Source of the DNA: Octopus vulgaris
Lineage: Eukaryota
DNA: 64,000 bases
Direction: 5' to 3'
NCBI GenBank assembly: GCA_951406725.2
Contig: OX597814.1
Location: forward strand, 81,034,001-81,098,000
Shown here piece after piece: positions 39,597 to 52,850 of this stretch (positions within the stretch are counted from its first letter, which is position 1; each line of letters starts with the position of its first letter). Under the pieces are notes generated by a model. That model did no database searches. It saw only the letters and a list, made by a program, of their open reading frames with translations, and had not been told where the DNA came from. A program made the translations under genes and the position numbers.

Positions 39597-40864
39597 TTAA
39601 TGTAGATCTAAACAGATTATAATGCTAGATTTAGTGAAAAAGCTCACATTGTATTTGATGAAAACAAATGGTGAAAGGAGATTAACCAATGTTGAGCTCA
39701 CAATATTTCATACTTAGTGAACTACTTTTGGGAAATAGAAAAAGACTGTTGAAGAAAATGTATATGTGAGTGTATGTAATAAAGCTTATCAGTGACCTTC
39801 TACATTTTTGGACATAGAATGTCCAAAATTTAAATGGGTGCAGGCAGGCTGTTGGGGTTAAGAAGTTTGCTTCATAACTATGTTGTTTTAGGTTCAGTCC
39901 CATCACATGGCACCTTGGATAAATGTTTTGTTATAGCCCTGGATCAAACAAAGTCTTGTGAGTGGATTTGATACATGGAAACTGAAAGAAGCCTATTGTA
40001 ACATGTTATATGTGCATAGTTATTGTTGTTTTTGTTCTTTTTGTTGCTGTCTTGCTGCTAATGTTTCTCCTTCTGGTGTTGTTGTTGAGTAGTTCTATAG
40101 CAAATTCTGTTTGAATAAACAGATTTAGACTTATTAATATTTCTGACAATCGAGAATTCTAACCATGGGAAGGCAGCAAGCTATCAGAACCATTAGCATG
40201 CTAGGAAAAAATCTTAGCAGCATTTCATCCCTTTCCATTCTGAGTTCAAATGTCATCAAGGTCAGCTTTGCTCTTCATCCTTTTGGGCTTGATAAAATAA
40301 GTACCAGTTGAGCACTGGGTTGATGTAAATGACTTAGTCCTCCCGCAAAATTGCTGGCCTTGTGCCAAAATTTGAAACCAATATTTCTAACTAAGGTCTT
40401 CTTCTTATTCATTGCAAAGCAAGAATGGTTTAGAGACTCTGAGACCAAAAAATCAACATGTCAAAGACTAATTTACAATTAGGTCAAAAATACTGAAACC
40501 CAGAGCCTACTATAGAAACAAGAGGATATCTGACATTAACATATAGCAAATACTTCTTCGGATGTTTTAAATAGATGTACAGAAATATTTAGCAGTAGAG
40601 TGGCTCATAAAATGAAAATGATGAACTGCTCAGGAAGAGATACTTTGAAAAACAATTGGTAATTTATGTTACCTTCGTGATTTAAAACCAACACTAGTCC
40701 AGTTTTGTTGTGGTGTGGTGCAGTAGCATATGGTGGTTGTTGTATTGAGTGTGCTGCCACACCCAATGCCACCAAATTTCAAGCAAGGGTATGACAACAG
40801 TTTTCCATTAAAATTTGTGATTAAATTAATGAGTAAGGTTAATATTCATAATGACTGGAATATA

Positions 40865-41190
40865 TGCCCCTGGTGTAGTGGCTTGTATGTGCCAATGACC
40901 CTGTGAGCTATGATAGCAGAACACAAGCATTTGGTATTGCCTCCCATGCTGGACAGGCCAAAGGAAAGAAGCCTAATATGGACCTCACCTGTTCCCGGAG
41001 GTAAAAATGGTTTTGCATAGGGCTAAGATGTCTATCTAGAAAAGATGCAAAGTAATAGAAACATCAGTGGCAATTTCAATCCAAGACCAGGGAGAGAAAG
41101 AAAAAGGCATCCCAGAGTCAAGAACAGTAGAGAAAAGTCATTGATGGCTTACACTCAATAAGGAACAAAGGGAGCTTAAGTAGGTAAGTA
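40865..41190 (+). mobile_element. Short RTE-related non-autonomous element
   Basis: RTE-leader-like gtagtggcttgtatgtgccaatgaccctgtgagctatg, joined to a 3' end gatggcttacactc...aagggagcttaagtaggtaagtag (TAAG-type tail). Confidence 0.4.
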
Positions 41191-43073
41191 GTCTAAAAGC
41201 TGAGTAGGTTTCTGTATGATTACTTAGTCTGCTGGAAATAGTTGCCAAATCTCTCTCAATTCACACCTTAGTGTAAGAATGGAGATATTAAACAATGTAC
41301 TCCTGATATAGAAAAAGGTGGAGTGGTGTTCATGGCTGGAATGCCTTTGATCAACATTGCAAAAAAAAACAAAACAAATGGTACTGGAGTGGGTGTATTG
41401 AGTTCAAATAGTTTTCAAGAACAGGTTAGTGTTAAATCTTTACAAAATGTCTTAACATAATTGTGTAGGTTCTTAACGACTCCATCTTATTCTATATCAA
41501 GAATTTATTGTCTAATGTATCCTTTCTCACACTTAGGTGTGATTTGAAGGAGATTTGGCTACTAAACTTTGGAGAATGGCTTTGGTAAGGTTTGGAGAAA
41601 GATTTTAATGTGAAGGTTTGGGAAATCAACCTCTTGTTTACAGAAATTTTGTCTAGAGGAAGGGTAAGGGAAACACAAGGTGGTTGTGTGTATGTCTTCA
41701 GGAAGTGTAAATTCCTGTTCATTGCTACCAATAAATATGTCTAGCAACAGTCAAGTGAAACTAGTAAAACAATAAGAGAGCCAATTCTGTCTTTTTCTAG
41801 TACACCAAAAATAAACAAACTAGTCATATCAATAAAAAGAAAAAGAAAGGAAAACCATAAAAATATATACTTGGAGTCCTCTTTCTATTGATTTGTTGGT
41901 AAAATATTAATGGCCCTTTTCTGGAAAAGGAAACAAAAATAAAAGTAAAATGAGGGAGTAAAGAAGATAGGTGATAGGACATAATGCTAAAAGAAATGGT
42001 TTCTCTTTTGTTTTCAGAAGTAAAATATATTCAATATTTTACCATTCTTTTCTCATCTACTTTTTTATATCTATTCTTTAACCATCTCCCCTCTTCTTCA
42101 TATTCTTTAAATATTAATTTTTTGTTCCTTGTTTGTCCAATTTTTTTCTTTTTTTTATATCAAGTGATCTAACTCTTTTATAGTTCAGGGAGACTTTAAT
42201 GTTCATTAAGTGCTGAAAGAGTGTTATCAATAATGAGTACTAGAATCTCTTTTTCTTTATCTATGTATTTATATATTTACAATTATTTTACCTTTTTTTA
42301 TATTGTTTCCTGTTTTTTTTTCTGCTTCGTTGTTGCTTTTTTTTACCCTGCCAATTCAACAATATTTCACTATCTTTGAAAGACTGCCATTTTGTGTGTA
42401 TGTGTGTGTGTCTGTGTGGTCTGAAGTGGTGTGGTTCAGGTCTTTGTAATATTTTACTCACAGAATTGGACAATAAAAAAATATTTGCACAGAAAAAGAA
42501 AACAACAACAGGCAATATATTTATAATATTCACCTTCTCCAACCACATTGTTGTTACTACCCACCTCCTCCTTCTTCATGTTGTTGTTATTATTATCATC
42601 GTCATCATCATGTACTTAGGTCTACAAATTCTTGATAATAGAGAGACATTACAACACAACAAACCATCTCAATAATGGATGATGCTAAACTTGGCAGCTT
42701 ACAACAGGCATTAGCTCATTAATACTTGTAAATAGTAATGGATGTATCTAAATCATTGAATTGTTTTGTTGTTGCTGCTATTTGTTTTTCTTTTTAATTT
42801 TATATATATTTTTTTGGTGGCAGGGATGGTGGGTGGGTGCATATTTCGACACTTGTCTCTTAATGGTTTCTAACATAGGTTGTGCAATAAAAGAGACAAA
42901 AAAACAATTCTTTGAAGTGTTACCAATTGATTTTATCACCCCAAAATCCTGTTTTATAATGTGTATATAATGTATATATGATATTATTAGGGGTATCTTT
43001 CCTTTGTTACACTCTGACTCTGTGTGTGTGTGTGTAAAGAAAGAGAGAAAGAGACCACTGTTGATATGTAGAA

Positions 43074-43120
<47 letters not shown>

Positions 43121-43126
<6 letters not shown>

Positions 43127-44003
43127 GATTGAAAAGTAATTCCCTATTTTAAAATACTTATAATCTATTTATTAACTATAATTTTTAGAAAAATTGAATA
43201 TGTGAAGAAAACGTATAGCATGGAGTTTTATTTAAAGTTTTGATATAGGCACCAGCATTTGCCACCAGCTTCTCAAGTCACTCAGGAACTGCAACAACTG
43301 ATTTCATCAAGAACTTTTGAGTGAGGAAGATGTAACTTCTCGTATTTACCATTCAAGTTCTTCCAAAGTCATTGGTTTGGTAGAGTAGACTTGCAAAGAA
43401 AAAAGTTGCAGGGTGTTAAATCAAGGCTTCTGGCCAACCAATCATGCAGACCTCAATGACCCATCCATCTCCCAGGGAAGTGAGTATTCAGCCATTCACA
43501 AACAACAATAGCAAAATGGAGGAGCACCATCTTTCATAAAAAATCAAATCTTCAATATTCTCCCAAGTACTGATAACTGGACAAATTTCATCTTGCAGTA
43601 TGCTGAGGTACCTTTCAGTATTCATGGTATTGCAAAGGATGAAAGGACTAACAATCCTGTTCAAAGTCATTCCACACCATACCGTTACCTTGGACCGATT
43701 CTGCATTTTTTCAGAGGTAATACGAGGATCTTCTTCTGCCCAGTAGTGGTAGATGTGACAGTTCACAAACCCACTGATGTGGAATATTGCTTCATCACTC
43801 GAAAGGATATTTTTAAAGAGATCACACCATGTTTATTGGGCTTCTAAATTTCAATCAAAATAATCGATCTGAAAAAAGAAAACAACAATATAGAATCGAT
43901 TCCCATACATTAAAAAACATACACAACAAATTTGAGAAAAAATTATAGCTAATAAATAAATTATGAGTATTTTAGAATAGGGAGTTATTTTTCAATCACC
44001 CTG
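43121..44003 (-). mobile_element. Tc1/mariner DD41D (rosa/Visitor-type) element, internally deleted
   Basis: ~65-bp TIRs starting (c/t)agggtgattgaaaa. Peptides SDEAIFHISG, KVTVWCGM, DGAPP[H]...WLNTHFPGRWMG...WLARSLDLTPCN give 41 residues between the second and third catalytic positions after repairing one frameshift. Confidence 0.88.
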
Positions 44004-44314
44004 TGTGTGTGTGGGGATGCATGCCTGCATGCATATATCCCACTGTTTTAACCAGGATCTCAGAAGGTCACTATGCACTTCTTTGCATTGTTGTAGTTTT
44101 GAATGCTGCCACTCCACTGGCAAGGTAGGCAGGCCAGTATTTCCCCTGACTAGAAAACCAGTCTATGACAGAAGTACCCATTTACAAATGAAGCATTTTG
44201 CTCAATAAAATACACTGTCAGTCTGGAAATGGAAACCACAATCTTGCAATTGCAAGTGCAGCATCCTAAACATAAGGGCTGTGCACCTTCTCTCTCTCTC
44301 TCTCTCTCTGTTCA

Positions 44315-44600
44315 AAATGCAGAGTAGATAAAACAGTGGACAACTGATGAAGAGAATGTTCTTTATGTTGCCTGTCTCATTTCTGTATTTGTTTCTTTCA
44401 TTGTTTGAAAAACAAGTTCGTTTTCCATGTTTTTGTTTTTTATGTTCTCATTTCTCATTTTGTTCACATTTTTTTTGACACTCTGTACCTATATATGCAT
44501 GTATATATATACATATATATGTAGGTATGTACATATATGTACGTATATATGCATATATATATGCATATATATATATATTATTTATATTATTATATGATCG
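44315..44600 (+). repeat. Uninterrupted copy of the repeat at 10695
   Basis: Colinear with 10695-10918 plus 12348-12400. Confidence 0.8.
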
Positions 44601-44629
44601 AATATCATGCATCCATTTCTAAGTAAGTT

Positions 44630-44705
<76 letters not shown>

Positions 44706-45193
44706 AATTGGCATTAGGAAGGGCATCCAGCTGTAGAAACTCTGCCATATCAGATTGGAGCCTGGTGCAGCCTCAGTCAAACTGTCCAACCCATGCCAGC
44801 ATAGAAAGCGGACATTAAACGATGATGATGAGGTTGATGATGTGTATGTATGTATGTATATGTATATAAAACAGTTTTACATTCTCTTCTCCATGTTTAC
44901 ATGGGTTGAATGAGTCTTCTACAGCATAAGGTCTCACAACTTGCTTCAACGTTTTGTCAATTCCATTCATTTTGCCTTTTGTTAACAGTTTCTGTGAGCT
45001 ATTTTGTTTTATAATTAAGTGTCCAAAATACTCAACTTTTCTCTCTTTGATGGTGTCTAATAAAATTTTTTTCAGTTGCTTTTCTTAAAACCTCTTTACT
45101 GGTTTTGTTTCAGTCCATTATATACTCAAAATAGAATTACCTATTTACAGCTAGTCAACCAAAGATATTGTGAACCTAAATGTTCTTTTCCAG

Positions 45194-45294
45194 GTATATA
45201 GGATATACACTTAATCAGTGAGATGGAAGCAGTCAAATACACAGTCACCAATAGCTTTACCTACAACAACTCTATTAGCAGACTACAATAAATG
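45194..45294 (+). other. Candidate non-coding exon
   Basis: aatgttcttttccag|GTATATAGG...AATAAATG|gtaata; all three frames contain stops. Confidence 0.25.
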
Positions 45295-46164
45295 GTAATA
45301 CCATGAAAACAGGAAGACTAACAAAATATAAAAAGAAGATTAAACTAAAGAAAAACAAAACGGCTGCAAAATTACATTAGTCAGGTTATTTATTTGCATG
45401 TAGTTTCCACTGTGTTGATATGGTTTGGTGACTAGAGCATTAAGTTACGCTACAGATCTCAGGAAACACGTTTAATTCAGATTCTTGTATAATTGTCTCC
45501 CATACTGATTATTGACAGTTGCTGTGATGTGTGTGTGTGTGTGCAAGGGATGGGATTTGTGTGTGTGTGCGTGTGTGTAACATATAATATCCACTGCCTC
45601 TCAGTGCTGGCCAGACTCCATGCTACCTTCACTCAGACATTCCCATCTCACTTACCATAAAAACCCATGTAATTTATGCACTTTGTTTTCATACTAACAA
45701 AAATAAACTTGATGGGGTATATAAATTACATGAGTAGATTGTTTCCAGTATTCTTTTAGAAATTTTTTTTTTGTTGAAAAATGACATACAAATGTAAACA
45801 TTCATACCGGAAGTTGACTCATTTAATGTCAGAATAGGTTTTTACAGAAAAAATATAATGAAATTGACTTTTATTTATGCTGGACAGTATAATTCTTACT
45901 TTTTCTGTAGAAATTTACTAAAACCATTAAATGGTTAACTACTTTTTGAAGTTTGACATTCATGCTGGTAATTACGATGAAAAAGTTTGACGACACCTGG
46001 TTTGTTCAGTGTCAACATTCTTTACCATAAGAGAGATATTTTCTCCATGCTAACTGCAGTGAATTTGCTTTTTATCAGTTGAAATATGTCACAAACATTT
46101 TTTAACTGACCTAAGTTTTGTGTATGCCTAAACACTGCTTGGTGCTAACATTTCGATATTACAA

Positions 46165-46320
46165 AAAAAAACAAAAGACGAAGACAGGTAGTGTACAAAA
46201 CAAACAGATGTATTAGTATAACGCTCAGGAATAGAAAAGTCTTTTACGTTTCGAGCCTACGCTCTTCTACAGAAAGGAACACAGAAAAAACAAGGAGAGA
46301 AACAAGGAGAAAAAAAAATC
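46165..46320 (-). mobile_element. Short CpG-retaining repeat with a hammerhead-like motif (Penelope pLTR-like)
   Basis: Minus strand 46241-46276 reads cttt-CTGTAGA-a-gagc-gtag-gctc-GAAA-cg-TA-aaag. Confidence 0.55.
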
Positions 46321-47662
46321 ATCATTTAATGTTCATTTTCCATACTGGCATGGGTTGGGCAGTTTGACAGGTGCTGGCCAGCCAGAAAGCTGCCTGAGCT
46401 CCAATTGTCTGTTTTGGCATGGTTTCTATGGCTGGATGCTCTTTCCTAATGTTAACCACTTTACAGAGTATACTGGGTGTTTTTTATGTGGCACCAGTAT
46501 GGATGCTTTATACATGGCACTGGTGTGGGTACTTATATGTATATCAATATAGTATATGTATGTTTATTTGTGTGTGTATATATATATGTATAAACATCAT
46601 CATTATCAGTATCATCCTTTTAATAGCAATTTTTCCATGCTTGCCTGTGTTAGGTAGATTTTACTATGGCAGATTTTCTGCAACCAGGTATCACTCCTGT
46701 TGCTAACTCTCCCTGATTTGTAATCAAGGTAATATATTTCCCTTTCTGGACATGTTTTTATGGAAGATTGGAAAAATGCAGGCTATCACTTGTATGATGC
46801 TCATTTACAACAATTGTTTGATGTCATGACAAAGAGACACATACCTCGATGCACACACATATGTGCTAGATCCTCCTTCAGTTCTCAACCAGGTTTTGAC
46901 AAGCCTTCATTGCCTCGTATGTCACTCACTCTCTCTCAATCTTTCTCTCTACCAGCATCTCTTAATGACAGTATCCCTTTTCTATAACTCCTAAATTAGT
47001 GATGCTGATGTGTCAAGAAAGTAATTCTAAGACATCTGTAGATAACACCAGGAGTTCTACAGTCTGCTAGGTTTCTATATTTTTACATCTCAGAAATACA
47101 AGTCACCACCGACATCATATACATGTGTCCACACGTACACACACACAAACAAACACACAGGTATGTGTACATGTATGTACTGTTATTTCAAATATGGCAC
47201 AATAGCTGAATCAAATTCAATGAAGTAACATATATATATGTATATATAATCACATACACATACATACATGTAAGATGTATGTATATGAGTGTGCGTGTTG
47301 CAAAAAGACTCATAAAACCTCAATAGAGTACGTCTCAACCCATCTAATATATTGAATACTTTTTATGAACATCTAGATTAACATTAGCTCAACACACAAA
47401 CACACAAAAGAAGCTAAACATTCATTGCATGTATTCCAATGAGACTGAAAATGAAATCTTTCCATTCTTAATCTTTAATTGGTAATCATGCCAGACTTTT
47501 TGTTTTTTTGTAAATTTTGTCTTTTTGTGGCTTATTGTTTTGTTTTTCTTTGTTCATTTTTTTCATACATAGATAGTTAAATTTACCTTCCATATTAAGT
47601 GTATTAGATTTTGAGACGACATATCATCATGTCATACATAATGTATTATTGTAAGCTAAAGC

Positions 47663-47833
47663 AGGGGGTGGAGCTAGGGTAAATGACACCGAGGGCATGC
47701 ATCAAAATTGCGCCAACCCACAACCAAAATTTTTTTATGGCTTTTTTAGAAAATTATCTTGGCCAAAATTGTGCCCCCTTCAAAGTGGCACCCTAGGCAT
47801 GTGTCCTGCTTGCTCCACCCTAGCTACACATCT
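47663..47833. mobile_element. PIF/Harbinger-like MITE
   Basis: Imperfect TIRs agggggtggagctaggg / ccctagctacacatct. Confidence 0.5.
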
Positions 47834-48357
47834 AAGTGAAAGTACACACATACACACACACACACACATACACACACATTTGGCAGGAAAAACTTGTGAG
47901 GTAATAGTATGCATAATTTTTTATATTTGATGTTACATGAGAGATTTGCATTTCTTCATTTAAAACTTAGGTCAGTCATAGCCCTAAGTAATTTACAATT
48001 TATCATCATTATCACTTAACATCCATTTTTCCATGCTGGCATGAGTTGGGCAGTTTGACCAGAGGTGGTAAGGCCAGGGGCTGCACTAGGCTCTATTACC
48101 GGTTCTGACATGGTTTCTACAGCAGGATACCCTCCCTAACATAAACCACTCCACAGAGTGTACTGGGTGTGTTTTATGTAGCATCTATACCAGTATCAAA
48201 TCTGCTGTTATGGACAAGTCTTCTTGAGTACATCTATGCACCAGATATCTTGGTTCTTAGTCATTTCCTTTGTAAGGCTCAAAGTCTTGAGATTGGCCAT
48301 CAGTAAGTGTTTATAATTATTGGTCGAACACTTTTAGTGAGTTATACTTCACTTAGT

Positions 48358-48669
48358 GGAGGCACAATGGCCCAGTGGCTGGGGCAGCGGACTTGCGATC
48401 GGAGGATCGCGGTTTCAATTCCCAGACTGGGCGTTGTGTGTGTTTATTAAGCGAAAACACCTAAAGCTCCACAAGGTTCCGGCAGTGGGTGGTGGCGACC
48501 CTGTTGTGCTCCTTTGCTCCAACTTTCTCTCACTCTTTCTTCCTGTTTCTTGAGTAACGCTGCGATGGACTGGCATCCCATCCAGCTGGAGGGAACATAC
48601 ACTACAGAAACCAGGAAACTGGACCCATGAGCCTGGCTAGGCTTGAAAAAGGGCGCATAAATAAATAAA
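48358..48669 (+). mobile_element. Young tRNA-derived SINE (family G) with 15-bp TSD
   Basis: A-box tggcccagtgg, B-box ggtttcaattccc, internal gcgatggactggcatcccatccag, (TAAA)n tail. Perfect TSD tatacttcacttagt at 48343-48357 and 48670-48684. Confidence 0.92.
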
Positions 48670-49048
48670 TATACTTCACTTAGTTTTTGTTGAGATGTAC
48701 TCTGTTGAGTTCTTGTAAGATTTAATCACACAAATGCACATATATCATTGTGTGAGTATGTGTTTATGCTTGAATACAGATATGTATGTTTATGTACATT
48801 CATGAACCTGTGGGGAGAATATATCATATATCAGTTCATGCAGATAAATCGTTGTATCTAGTAATATGTTTTTTAGATGCAAATATATTCATGTATTAGA
48901 TACATTTAATAATTATTACAACTATCTTTATCATTATTCATTATTATTTTTGTCTGTGTTTACTCAAATGGAATCAAAAAAGTACCTGAGAAACATTTTT
49001 CACAAAGAAAATGTCCATTATTATATATCTCTCTCTCTCTCTCTCTCT

Positions 49049-49094
<46 letters not shown>

Positions 49095-49633
49095 GTATGT
49101 ATATGTATGCACACACACACACAGCACATATATGCACACATAATAGACACAGATAGATAATGAAGAAAAATATTTATATATGTGTATGTATTTACATATA
49201 TATTTATATATACAGAGAAAGAGAGTTATTAGTTATTAGTGAGGGATTATCAGTCAGGGCAAAATACTTTATAAGCTCTGTTAGTACACCAGGATTCTGA
49301 TGAGAGTAGCATTAATTTTCTAGGTCATTCATTTTTTCTCAACTGATCAGTGGACTGATTGAGTAAACCTATCAATAACAAACATATAATGACATCTGGA
49401 AAAAGTTGTAAGTCAAATTTACTACTATAAAGAAATATGCAATGACCATTGTATGTGCCTTTCATATATATATATAAATGGATGTGTTTATTTTTCCCTT
49501 GTTTACAATTAACACGGAAAAATAAAACAGTTACCAGGGCAGCAGAAAATCACACAAGTAATAAGAACATTTGTAAAGGTAGAAACTCCGGGTTGATGTG
49601 AGATATTTGGTATAATATATATATAGATAAATA

Positions 49634-50890
49634 AATGGAGTTAAACGACACAGGTGTTATTCAAATTCTTTTACTTCCAACATACGTTTCGAAGACAAAA
49701 GGAATAAAATGGTGTAATACAATGTAATCTTCTCATCAGGGAAAGAAAGAAAGAAACCAAACTCATCAATAAGATATTTTAACTGAATGTGATGGATGTG
49801 TATGATGAACGGAACACTAAAAATTTTTTTTGAAAAACCATTAGAAGATATAACGTCAAAGATAGCCTATAGAAAGAGAAGGGGTAAAGGAAAGAAATAA
49901 GCAGAAAACTAATAAAGAGCGATATGTGAATTAAAATTAAAAGCTTAAAGGCTTGGAAATAGGTATATCTAGTGGAAGTGGAATGTAAGAAGAAAATCAA
50001 TGCTCAAATTATATAGAATGGTAGATATCACTTATATGAACTAAAGGTATGCTTCTGTCAATGTTTACATCGATAAGCACACTCTATAAATGTGTTTACA
50101 AGGAGATTCTTAGAAAATAGAATATAAAGTAGTTTACTATTACAGAGTTGGCAGAATTCTTTGCCTTTATCATATGGGAATGAAATGGAGAGAATCAACC
50201 ACTCTAAATTCTCTCCATTTATTATGATCTTTTTAGATACCAAATTAATTTACTAAGCCCTGTACTGTTGCATTTATTACTATCCCTAAATTTAGAGTAA
50301 TGATTAGAAATTCTTTCAGTTAACTAAGAAGAAGAACTACCTATATAAAAAAGACATTGGTTCCGGAAGTAATTTTACACTGGTACATAGAGTTTTTACT
50401 CTTAAAATTATTAGACATAAACTTAATTCTGTTGGAATTGACTTCAGAGACAATAACCTTGTTGTTAATATTTCTAGGGGGATGGTTGCTATTAGCTAAA
50501 TTAATGTTATTATTTTCAGTAATTGGATTTTTATTTAACAGACTGATATTATGTGAAGAGATAATTTGTGAAAGATTTTTTGTGTTAGAAAAGCTAATCC
50601 TAGCCGTGTGTGAGTTGATAATTGAGTAATACCTAGAATTATTTTGAAAATTCTTAATAATAGCTTCATGGAACTGGAAAGGAAGATTTGGTTTAATTTG
50701 CCTCCCATAAGGAATAATCAACCAAATAGTTTTGCTTGTGGTTGCCTTATTTTTAGTGTAACTATCTTTAAAAGACATCGATTTACCTTTAGAATGAAAA
50801 AAGGGTCTTAAATAACATACCAAAGTTGTCTTTGAAACATATGTTGAAAGTAAAAGAATTTGAATAACAGCTGCGTCGTTTAACTACATT
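49634..50890 (-). mobile_element. Penelope-like element 3' fragment (GIY-YIG endonuclease) with inverted pLTR
   Basis: Minus-strand peptides MYQCKI, ISNHYS, STGLSKLIW and FCQLCNSK. Segment 50827-50890 is the reverse complement of 49634-49697. (TA)n on both flanks. Confidence 0.85.
49674..49745 (-). ncRNA. Minimal type I hammerhead ribozyme motif in the Penelope pLTR
   Basis: tttcc-CTGATGA-gaaga-[long loop]-tcttc-GAAA-cgtat-GTT-ggaag: intact core, stems I and II pair, near-palindromic stem III. Confidence 0.75.
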
Positions 50891-50927
<37 letters not shown>

Positions 50928-51159
50928 CATTTCAGCCATGTGGCTGAAATGATACTGAAAAAAGTTTGATTTTATTCTGTGCTACTTCAAATTTTTGCAG
51001 GCCTCTAATGGGAGGCCAACTCCGACAGGCTTCTGGAATACCAATTCAACATTCCAGACAGTTTGACGGGAGCTGGCCAGGCAGAAGCCTGTACCATACT
51101 TGTGTGTCTATTTTGGCACTGTTTTTACAGCTAGATTGCCCTTCCTAACACCTAACACT

Positions 51160-51246
<87 letters not shown>

Positions 51247-51249
51247 ATT

Positions 51250-51735
51250 TATGTAATACAAAGTAGAGGAAAATGAAAATGCAAATCCTAGGCAGTCAAC
51301 CAAATTCCCGAATGCATAAATGAAGATATTCAATCATTGTAATTGAATCATATATGTTTATACACATCAACATAAATCATGCATGTATAGGCATATTCTC
51401 CAAGGGTATAAAAAATAAAACCATACATAAAAATATAGGAGAGATATAAAAGCATATAAAAATATGTAAAATGCATATAAAATCACATATAAATAAGGAT
51501 TACATGTAAAAAGTTATGCTTGATAAATACAAGAGGCACAAAGCGAATGAGAGTTTGATAAATATAGGAATAAAAATGTCAATGTTCAAAATGGCAGAGT
51601 GCCTAAATTGTCTAAAATTTCTAATACATCTAAAATATTTGTTTGACTGCCTATGTTTTGCGTTTTCATTTTCCTCCACTTTGTATTATTTTGCATTGGC
51701 TCTCTACGAGCAGGCTGTAAATAGCCTATACTTTC
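51250..51735. repeat. Inverted-repeat element, possibly Penelope-derived
   Basis: ~51255-51305 (taatacaaagtagaggaaaatgaaaatgcaaa..taggcagtcaa) is the reverse complement of ~51638-51688. It is followed by ctctacga-gcaggct-gtaaat-agcct, like a truncated hammerhead core plus stem II. Confidence 0.6.
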
Positions 51736-51828
51736 TATAACATACTTAATATTATGTATGTATGTATGTATGTATGTATGTATGTATGTATGTATGTATG
51801 TATGTATGTATATGTGTGTCTGTGTACG

Positions 51829-51862
<34 letters not shown>

Positions 51863-52149
51863 TATATACATAACTATATATGTGTGTGTGTATTAAAAAT
51901 GGGGAAGGCTGGTTTATGGGACTATCCTAGGTTTCTTTCCATAGAGGGTTTAGCTTTATGGCATATCATCAAATTCCAAAACCTGTTGGCCAATGACCTC
52001 TTCAAAATATGGAGGGTGAAATGCCTCACTACTCAGAGGTAAACAATTAAGGATTATCTCCCTTTGCTTTTGGCTATTGACTTCTGGCTGTGCAGCCATC
52101 TTGTCAGCTCCAAAAAGCTAACAGGAACCTCCTAAAATGACTCCAAAAT

Positions 52150-52448
52150 CTCCGTTCATAAGTTAAGGATGTTCCCTCGTTTGAGCGAGTCTTTTAGGAT
52201 TCTTGCATGTTCAACTATGCATAGCTTGCAATACTTCATCCCACTGATATAGGGGCCTGCATTCTTGAGAATTTTCCATGAGATCAAGTATCGGATCCCA
52301 TCATCTCTTAGCTGCCAGATGTGGCTGACCAGGGACGTTACGTATCTCCTTTCTGGAACCCTGAAGGAGGACCTGTGGTTGGAGACATGCTGTTTGAAAG
52401 AGTTCCCAGAACATCCAATGTATCTCCATAGGTGTGTGTTGTCAGTCC
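52150..52448 (-). mobile_element. Penelope-like GIY-YIG endonuclease fragment (second family)
   Basis: WRYIGCSGNSFKQHVSNHRSSF...TSLVSHIWQL...ISWKIL...YCKLCIVE. Confidence 0.88.
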
Positions 52449-52559
52449 TGTGCCCCCCCCCCCCCACACACACACACATATAACAACATCAACAGTAAAG
52501 CCAAAAAATGATAATTATAAATTATAAACTTTTGTTTATAATTTAGTATGCAGATGAAG

Positions 52560-52850
52560 AGCTGTACAACAGGTTTATGCATGCTCTTACAGACTGGTTA
52601 GCTTGATGCATAAGTGGAAAGGGAATTCCAGAGATTTTCAGTTTGGGGAAGGAAAATTGAATGAAATGTTTAGTGTGAAGTTTGGAAGATGAGATGCAGT
52701 TTGCAGAGGGCATTTCAGCTCAGAAGAGCAGAGATCATTGCTAATGCAATGGAAGAGACAAAGAGAATAAACAGCATATTTGTGAGCCAGCAGCTACAAC
52801 ATATTAAGTTAATTGGTCTAATCAGTCAAATGGCATTCTTTTAGAGACAT
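52560..52850 (-). mobile_element. Highly decayed CR1/L2-like LINE 3' end
   Basis: Minus-strand HSIFLPQTENLWNSLS resembles the SFFPRT..LWNSLP C-terminal motif. Confidence 0.45.

Noticed and set aside
48358-48435. tRNA gene (also heads of SINE families A and B)
   Set aside because: A and B boxes are present, but the heads continue into SINE bodies with tails and TSDs, and I see no complete cloverleaf.
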